In this document: piece by piece, positions 58,161-64,000 of the stretch
Position numbering within the stretch: position 1 is the first letter of the stretch
Layout: the number at the start of each line of letters is the position of its first letter
DNA from: Candidatus Parcubacteria bacterium
GTDB lineage: Bacteria > Patescibacteriota > Minisyncoccia > Phycocordibacterales > JAKAEA01
Direction: 5' to 3'
DNA length: 64,000 bases
Assembly: GCA_019661945.1 (NCBI GenBank)
Contig: JAIFWI010000002.1
Coordinates: 763 to 64,762, forward strand
Made by a program: the position numbers and the translations under genes
The notes under the pieces: generated by a model
Seen by the model: the letters and a program-made list of their open reading frames with translations, nothing else
Databases searched by the model: none
Told to the model about the DNA's origin: nothing

Positions 58161-59183
58161 ATGCCACTTATTGGAAAACCATCACCTGAAGACACAAATT
58201 TACATCCATTTCACTACAAGTGGGCTTATGATTTATATAATCAAGCTGTCAGAAACACCTGGTTCCCACATGAAATTGCTTTGAAAGAAGATATTGATGA
58301 TTGGCATAAGATGACTGATGATGAGCGCCATGCCGTAAAGTTTCTGATGGCTTTTTTTAATCCTGCCGAGCTTATTGTCAACCGCTCAATTGCGCTGGGT
58401 ATTTATCCATACTTGAAATCTCCAGAGTGTCACTTGTATCTTGCAAAACAAATGTGGGAAGAGGCCAATCACTGCGTCGCTTTTGAATATGTTTTAGAAA
58501 CATTTCCCTTTGATCGAAATACTATTTATACTATTCACCTAGATACGCCTTCGATGCAAGCCAAAGAGAATTTCATTACGACCTACATGCGTCGGATGAC
58601 TGAGGAAACACTTGATATCGAAACAACAGAAGGTAAAAAAGATTTCATTAGAAATCTTGTGGCCACAAACATTGTCATGGAAGGTATTTGGTTCTACTCA
58701 GGTTTTATGGTAGCCCTTTCATTTCGTCAGCGCAATCAATTACGAAACTTTGGCTCAATGATTAACTGGGTCATCCGAGATGAATCATTGCACTTAAAAT
58801 TTGGTATTAATCTCGTCCACAATATTTTGGAAGAAAATCAGGAACTTTTGACCGAAGAATTTGCCGAGGAAATCCGCCAGCTGGTGATTGAGGGAGTAAA
58901 TCTCGAAGTAAATTATAATAAAGATCTCTTTCCAAACGGTATTCTTGGCCTCAATGCCGACTATGTAAACCAATATGTGCAATATGTCGCTGATCGACGT
59001 TTGGAAGAACTTGGTTTGCCAAAGCACTATAATGTCACTAATCCGGCTAAGTGGATGGCTACCTCAACTGATGTTTTTGAATTGGTAAACTTTTTTGAAG
59101 CTCAGAACACAAGTTATGAAGTTGATGCCCGAGCTCATGGCAAAGAAAAGAAAAAAGAAACTCCAGCACCTACAGCTGAATAG
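58161..59183 (+). CDS. nrdB: Ribonucleotide reductase beta subunit with class Ic signatures
   Basis: W.P.EI, PAELIV, EEANHCVAF, EGIWFYSGF, RDESLH, NFFE..NTSY. Confidence 0.93.
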   Translation: MPLIGKPSPEDTNLHPFHYKWAYDLYNQAVRNTWFPHEIALKEDIDDWHKMTDDERHAVKFLMAFFNPAELIVNRSIALGIYPYLKSPECHLYLAKQMWEEANHCVAFEYVLETFPFDRNTIYTIHLDTPSMQAKENFITTYMRRMTEETLDIETTEGKKDFIRNLVATNIVMEGIWFYSGFMVALSFRQRNQLRNFGSMINWVIRDESLHLKFGINLVHNILEENQELLTEEFAEEIRQLVIEGVNLEVNYNKDLFPNGILGLNADYVNQYVQYVADRRLEELGLPKHYNVTNPAKWMATSTDVFELVNFFEAQNTSYEVDARAHGKEKKKETPAPTAE

Positions 59184-59224
59184 CTATTGTAAATTCAGAT
59201 TTGGTGTGGTATAGTATCAACGCT

Positions 59225-59422
59225 ATGTCACCTGGCCGAATACTCTTTTTCATTTTAATGCCAATCTATGTACCATTGGCTCTCTTTGTGAATGGAACCT
59301 ATAACTGGTGGGTAAGTCTTTCAAATCGCCGCATACTTTTTTTTATTTTGTTGCCGATTTACGTACCACTCTCCCTTTTCCTCAATTGGACCTTTGAATG
59401 GTGGACGAAGTTGTCTGAGTAG
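59225..59422 (+). CDS. Small membrane protein with internal duplication
   Basis: RILFFILMPIYVPLALF..W repeated as RILFFILLPIYVPLSLF..W. Confidence 0.7.
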   Translation: MSPGRILFFILMPIYVPLALFVNGTYNWWVSLSNRRILFFILLPIYVPLSLFLNWTFEWWTKLSE

Positions 59423-59461
59423 CTTGCTCCAGGCTTTGGCTTATGCCACAATAGGAAAACT

Positions 59462-59962
59462 ATGACCTTAGCTACACATGCTGTTACCGGTGCGCTCATC
59501 GGCGCCGTAGCCTCACAAAATTTGTTATTTGCTGCTGGTGCAGGCTTTATAAGCCATTTTCTTTTTGATACCATTCCGCACTGGGATTATTCTTTACGAA
59601 CACTTGAAAAGAAAAGCCTAAGTATTGAAAATAACATGAATACTAAAGGCCTGAATTTTATTATTGATCTAGCCAAGATTGCTTTCGATTTCTGGTTAGG
59701 AATGGCCCTAGTCTTTGTTATGGTTTATTCTTTGCCGCTCCCGGTTATTATTGGGGCCTTTATAGGTGCTCTGGCCGCAGTTTTACCAGATCCACTTCAG
59801 TTTGTATATTGGAAACTCCGTCCACGCATCATGTTGCCGATTCAACACTTCCATATGTATATGCATGCAACGCATAAGCTTAATGACCGACCACTTCTTG
59901 GCGTAACCAGTCAGCTGGGTATTGTCATTATAACGTTTATAGTATTTCAGCTAATATATTAG
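59462..59962 (+). CDS. Membrane protein, metal-dependent hydrolase-like
   Basis: THAVTG, SHFLFDTIPHWD, LPD, FH...H. Confidence 0.65.
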   Translation: MTLATHAVTGALIGAVASQNLLFAAGAGFISHFLFDTIPHWDYSLRTLEKKSLSIENNMNTKGLNFIIDLAKIAFDFWLGMALVFVMVYSLPLPVIIGAFIGALAAVLPDPLQFVYWKLRPRIMLPIQHFHMYMHATHKLNDRPLLGVTSQLGIVIITFIVFQLIY

Positions 59963-59974
59963 TATACTTTTATC

Positions 59975-60478
59975 ATGTACCGCGGACTTATTATCACAGT
60001 CATCGTTTTTCTCATTCTCATTGCCTTAGGTGGATTTCTAATTTTTGATATAGGCCGAGGTGGTAGTGAGTTATCTCCAGAAATAATTGCTAGCCCAATT
60101 TCATCACCAACACCGACGGCGACAATAACACCAAGTCCGGCAACAACCACTACATCACTTGTTCGGATAACTTCTCCAAAACCAGGTGATCGAGTCCAAA
60201 GTCCATTAGTCATTAAAGGCGAAGCCCGAGGTCAATGGTTTTTCGAAGCAAATTTCCCCGTTGAAATTCGAGATGCCAATGGTAAGATTTTGGGTGAGTG
60301 GTATGCTGAAGCTAAGGGAGATTGGATGACCACAGAGTTCGTGCCCTTTGAGTCGACCTTGGCTTTTTCACCGTCAACAACCGCAACAGGTACACTTGTT
60401 ATCATGAATGCCAATCCTTCCGGTGATACGGAACGGGCGCTCGAATTAAAAATCCCAATAACTTTTAATCCGCAATAA
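59975..60478 (+). CDS. Gmad2 Ig-like domain protein
   Basis: PLVIKGEARGQWFFEANFPV, WMTTEFVPF, NPSG. Confidence 0.8.
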   Translation: MYRGLIITVIVFLILIALGGFLIFDIGRGGSELSPEIIASPISSPTPTATITPSPATTTTSLVRITSPKPGDRVQSPLVIKGEARGQWFFEANFPVEIRDANGKILGEWYAEAKGDWMTTEFVPFESTLAFSPSTTATGTLVIMNANPSGDTERALELKIPITFNPQ

Positions 60479-60486
60479 TTAGTACA

Positions 60487-60744
60487 ATGGAAACACTTAT
60501 TCACGCTGATATTTTCTTTTTTATTACTACCATTGCTGTGGTTCTTATTTCTATTGGTATCATTGTTGCCATTGTGTATATTATAAAAATATTACGGACA
60601 GTTTCTCATGTTTCTGATAAAGTGAAGGAGGAGAGTGAAGAGATTTTATTAGATTTAAAGCACCTTCGTGGTAATGTTAAGTCGCAAGGTTTTCGGTGGT
60701 CGTACGTCAAGCAGTTTATTAGAAGTATCTTTAAACGAAAATAA
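60487..60744 (+). CDS. Small membrane-anchored protein
   Basis: ADIFFFITTIAVV TM plus coiled coil. Confidence 0.7.
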   Translation: METLIHADIFFFITTIAVVLISIGIIVAIVYIIKILRTVSHVSDKVKEESEEILLDLKHLRGNVKSQGFRWSYVKQFIRSIFKRK

Positions 60745-60745
60745 T

Positions 60746-61120
60746 ATGGCACAAAAACATCGAAAAGGTTCAGGTGTGGGAGCGGGATTAGGTATGGCGG
60801 CATTAGCAGCAGCGGCGGCAGGAGCATACTTTTTATACGGATCTAAAGAAGGGGCAAAGCGACGCCAGAAGATTAAAAGTTGGACATTGCGCATGAAAGG
60901 CGACGTCATGGATAAAATGGAGAATATGCGGGAGTGGAGCGAGGAGGCATACAATCGAGTCGTTGACGGTGTATCTGAGAAATATAAAAATGTTAAAAAT
61001 GTAGATCGCAAAGAACTTGATGCAGTAGTCAAGGATTTAAAAAAGCATTGGAATAATATTCGCAGGCAGGTAGAAGGAGGTCAAAGGAAAAAGCCAGCCG
61101 CTCGCCGCAAGAAGGTATAG
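60746..61120 (+). CDS. YtxH-like protein
   Basis: AAAAAGAYFLYGSKEGAKRRQKIK; ATG 60746 follows the upstream stop. Confidence 0.7.
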   Translation: MAQKHRKGSGVGAGLGMAALAAAAAGAYFLYGSKEGAKRRQKIKSWTLRMKGDVMDKMENMREWSEEAYNRVVDGVSEKYKNVKNVDRKELDAVVKDLKKHWNNIRRQVEGGQRKKPAARRKKV

Positions 61121-61122
61121 AG

Positions 61123-61884
61123 ATGAAAAAGGATACTTCCTGGGGGAATGTTGCTGACTGGTATAAAAAATACTTAGATGATCCAGACTCGTATCAGAGT
61201 CAGGTGATTTTGCCGCAGTTGATAAGGCTCCTTACTATTAAAAAAGGCCAAAAGATTTTGGACTTAGCTTGTGGCACAGGATTTTTCTCAGAAGTATTTC
61301 AGGCTCAGGGCGCTGAGGTCATTGGTGTGGATATTGCTTCTGAACTCATCGATATTGCACGTCTGCACGCCTCAAAAGACATTCAGTTTATTGTCTCTCC
61401 AGCACATAAACTCGGAACGTTACAAACTCAGAGTATTGATACTGTTGTTATTATATTGGCTATTCAAAATATTAAAGAAGTCAAAGAAATGCTTGCTGAA
61501 TGTAAACGAGTTCTTAAAAAAGACGGCAAGATAACTATTGTCATGAATCATCCTGCCTATAGAATTCCCGGAGGCTCTTCATGGGAGTGGCATGAACAAC
61601 AAGGCAGACAGTATCGACGTATAGATGCATATCTCTCAGAAAAGACAGTAGAAATCAGTATGCATCCAGGTAAAGATCCGCATACCAAAACAGTTTCATT
61701 TCATCGACCGATCCAGTATTATGCAAAACTTGCTCACAATTCAGGTTTTGCTATAAGCCGGATTGAAGAATGGATATCCCACAAAACATCGGAGATCGGT
61801 CCGCGTCAGAAAGAAGAAGATCGAATGAGAAAAGAAATCCCACTTTTTATGTTCCTTGAACTTTCACAGTTCGGTAACGTATAA
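61123..61884 (+). CDS. Class I SAM-dependent methyltransferase
   Basis: ILDLACGTG, GVDIA, RVLKKDG, NHP, FHRP. Confidence 0.88.
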   Translation: MKKDTSWGNVADWYKKYLDDPDSYQSQVILPQLIRLLTIKKGQKILDLACGTGFFSEVFQAQGAEVIGVDIASELIDIARLHASKDIQFIVSPAHKLGTLQTQSIDTVVIILAIQNIKEVKEMLAECKRVLKKDGKITIVMNHPAYRIPGGSSWEWHEQQGRQYRRIDAYLSEKTVEISMHPGKDPHTKTVSFHRPIQYYAKLAHNSGFAISRIEEWISHKTSEIGPRQKEEDRMRKEIPLFMFLELSQFGNV

Positions 61885-61893
61885 TATACCTAT

Positions 61894-62112
61894 ATGAATC
61901 ATTATGTATGTAGTGAATGCGGAGGAGTGTCTCACAGCGCAGGTACATGCCAAACAGATGGCTGTATGCAGCAGGGTACACCATTAAAGGCCTGTAAATG
62001 CGAAGATGGTAAGCATGCGGGGCTTATGAATGGCTCTGGTGACATAGAATCATCTCTGGAACAACCACGGCCAACGACAGGAGAGTTTATTGATCTCGAC
62101 GCTAATCTCTAA
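61894..62112 (+). CDS. Small Cys-rich (putative metal-binding) protein
   Basis: HYVCSECGGVS...CQTDGC...CKCEDGKH. Confidence 0.7.
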   Translation: MNHYVCSECGGVSHSAGTCQTDGCMQQGTPLKACKCEDGKHAGLMNGSGDIESSLEQPRPTTGEFIDLDANL

Positions 62113-63281
62113 AGGCTTTTTCGCTGAGTATTAAGTTTGTAAGCAAAGGCAATACCTGAAAGTATTGCAATTGAAACGACTAGGAAAATATAGTGAATGG
62201 GCAGGACTCGGACCAAGAGGCTTGTCAGGAGCGGCGCAACTATGTAGGCCATAGGACCGGCCATTCTGAAAATACTGATAAAACCGGCATCACGGTCAGA
62301 GACACGTTTGAAAAATGAATATTCCGCACCGACTTCAACAAAGCTTGCACCAACACGTGACATAAACAAAAGGGCAGACCACAATAATACATTGGCGTCT
62401 CTCAGGAAAAAGATTGTACATGAAGATACACTTATGATAAAAAATCCGGCAATGAGAGCGTCTTTTTCGGCGCCGATCCGATCAAAGAGTCGGCCAAGCG
62501 GCGCCTCAAAAAGGACAAACGGTACGAGCATTATCGTGAACATAAAACCTATTTTCTCCCAACTGAAACCGATTACTTCGTGCAGATAGAGCGGCATATA
62601 AATAACCATAGCGGCATAAAAACTATGGAGCAGGAAATTAATGATGAATATCCTGTTGAGATTTTTATGCGGTACGAATTTCTTAAGACTGTCTATAAAA
62701 TTAATTTCTCGTAATTTTCTGGTGCGAATAGTTCTGAATTCATCGAAGGTAAGGAAGAGAAGTGCCATACAAAAGACTGCCGAGATAAGATATATCGTTC
62801 GGTAAGAACTCATGGTAACGATTTTACCTACGATGAGCGGAGAGAGAACAAAAGCAACATTGTGAGCTGTCAGATACAGGGAATGAACACCACCGGTGTG
62901 ATTCTCATTTCTCATAGTACCCTCAAGGAATAGATCGAGACCAAATAAGAGAAGCGGCGGAATAGCCTGATGAATGACGAAAAGAATTTTTATAAGTTCC
63001 GGATTGGAGCTTGAAAACAATCCAAGTAGGACGATAATTTCCGTACAAAGAATTGAGGCGAAAAAATAAAAATTACTGATTCGACGGATGATACTTGAAC
63101 TGGCGATAAGAATGAGTACTGTCAACAAGGCTCCAGCAGTATATAGAAGACCAACTGTTTTAGCCGGAAAGAATTCGCTCAGGAAGGTTGAGTTGATGTA
63201 AATGGTAAAGGCGTAATGAAACGACATCAAAAACGCCGCCAGATAGACGAAACGGACCTTGTACCACATACGAGAACGCAT
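62109..63281 (-). CDS. MFS transporter
   Basis: About 12 TMs, GRLFDRIG motif. Confidence 0.85.
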   Translation of the reverse strand: MRSRMWYKVRFVYLAAFLMSFHYAFTIYINSTFLSEFFPAKTVGLLYTAGALLTVLILIASSSIIRRISNFYFFASILCTEIIVLLGLFSSSNPELIKILFVIHQAIPPLLLFGLDLFLEGTMRNENHTGGVHSLYLTAHNVAFVLSPLIVGKIVTMSSYRTIYLISAVFCMALLFLTFDEFRTIRTRKLREINFIDSLKKFVPHKNLNRIFIINFLLHSFYAAMVIYMPLYLHEVIGFSWEKIGFMFTIMLVPFVLFEAPLGRLFDRIGAEKDALIAGFFIISVSSCTIFFLRDANVLLWSALLFMSRVGASFVEVGAEYSFFKRVSDRDAGFISIFRMAGPMAYIVAPLLTSLLVRVLPIHYIFLVVSIAILSGIAFAYKLNTQRKSL

Positions 63282-63354
63282 AGCCTTATTATATCAGGCT
63301 CTAGCGAGAATGAGTGTTGATAAAAGAAAAAACCGCAAGCTGTGCGGTTGGGAT

Positions 63355-63681
63355 TCAGGAATGCGGAGTTCCCTGACGAGATCTGTGGAAAGTAACGAGA
63401 ATTCCTTCATCAGTGTTGGCTGACAGATACCAGAGATCTTGATGTATCGCAAGGGCACACATCATTCCGCACATCATCAGAAACTGTTCTTTGTTCATAC
63501 CCTTGAGGTCAAGAGTGTCTACCGTAGTGTCTCCTTGTTGGAATAACAAATTCTCAGACTGTCCGCCTTCAGTGAAGCATGTAGCCGTGAGCATGCTTGT
63601 TCTCGGATCGTATAAAAGTGTGACGTCAGAACTGAAAGCGATCGGACGATTTCCGGCTGCAAAGCTGAATCCTCGTGGCAT
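63355..63681 (-). CDS. Hypothetical protein (solo gene)
   Basis: TTGACC-N16-TATAGT 63760-63733; GAGGA SD; AACCGCA/TGCGGTT hairpin downstream. Confidence 0.6.
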   Translation of the reverse strand: MPRGFSFAAGNRPIAFSSDVTLLYDPRTSMLTATCFTEGGQSENLLFQQGDTTVDTLDLKGMNKEQFLMMCGMMCALAIHQDLWYLSANTDEGILVTFHRSRQGTPHS

Positions 63682-63775
63682 GAGTTTTTCCTCTGTAGAA
63701 ATGTGTACCCCCTAAAAAACATACTGATTGATACTATACAGTAGAAATAGTATAGGTCAAATCCTTTTGGAAAAT

Positions 63776-64000
63776 CTAAACTCCTAAGAGGACGGGGATG
63801 ACGATTGGGCGTTTGGCGGTTTGCTGGAAGAGATATTTTGAGACGTTATCGGTTACGACTTGCTTAACATAATCGAAGTTAATTGGATGCATGCCGGCTA
63901 CAGAATCTTCAATAGTTTTTTTGATGATATAGCGAGTTTGCTGGAGCAAATCTTGTGATTCGCGCAAATAAACGAAACCGCGGGAAATAATGTCCGGACT
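63776..64000 (-). CDS. rnj: Ribonuclease J (3' end; runs off the window edge)
   Basis: PDIISRGFVYLRES...YLFQQTAKRPIVIPV. Confidence 0.88.
   Translation of the reverse strand, partial: SPDIISRGFVYLRESQDLLQQTRYIIKKTIEDSVAGMHPINFDYVKQVVTDNVSKYLFQQTAKRPIVIPVLLGV

Overview
Chromosomal segment of a Patescibacteria/CPR (Parcubacteria-like) bacterium, inferred from a compact type IV pilus cluster with no secretin gene, a shortened RF2, a clusterless MutY and mostly leaderless genes. The core content is recG, mutY, comF, pilMNOPB-RR-pilTC, pilins and pilD, ligA, gatCA, prfB, ftsEX, pyrG, purH, proS, folD, purN, nrdAB and rnj, plus 7 intact tRNAs. Highlights: (1) an unannotated free-standing 35-aa peptide (2174-2281) closely resembles the redox-active C-terminal CxxC tail of this genome's own NrdA, and the NrdB carries class Ic signatures; (2) small palindromic elements have invaded mutY in frame, tRNA-Thr relics and intergenic sites, and flank a DUF559 nuclease gene like REP elements; (3) two tRNA / single cargo gene / conserved 19-bp motif units; (4) two expression regimes coexist: leaderless core genes and GC-richer solo genes with a -35/16 bp/-10 promoter and an SD sequence, most also with a terminator. 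No CRISPR array, rRNA or transposase was seen.
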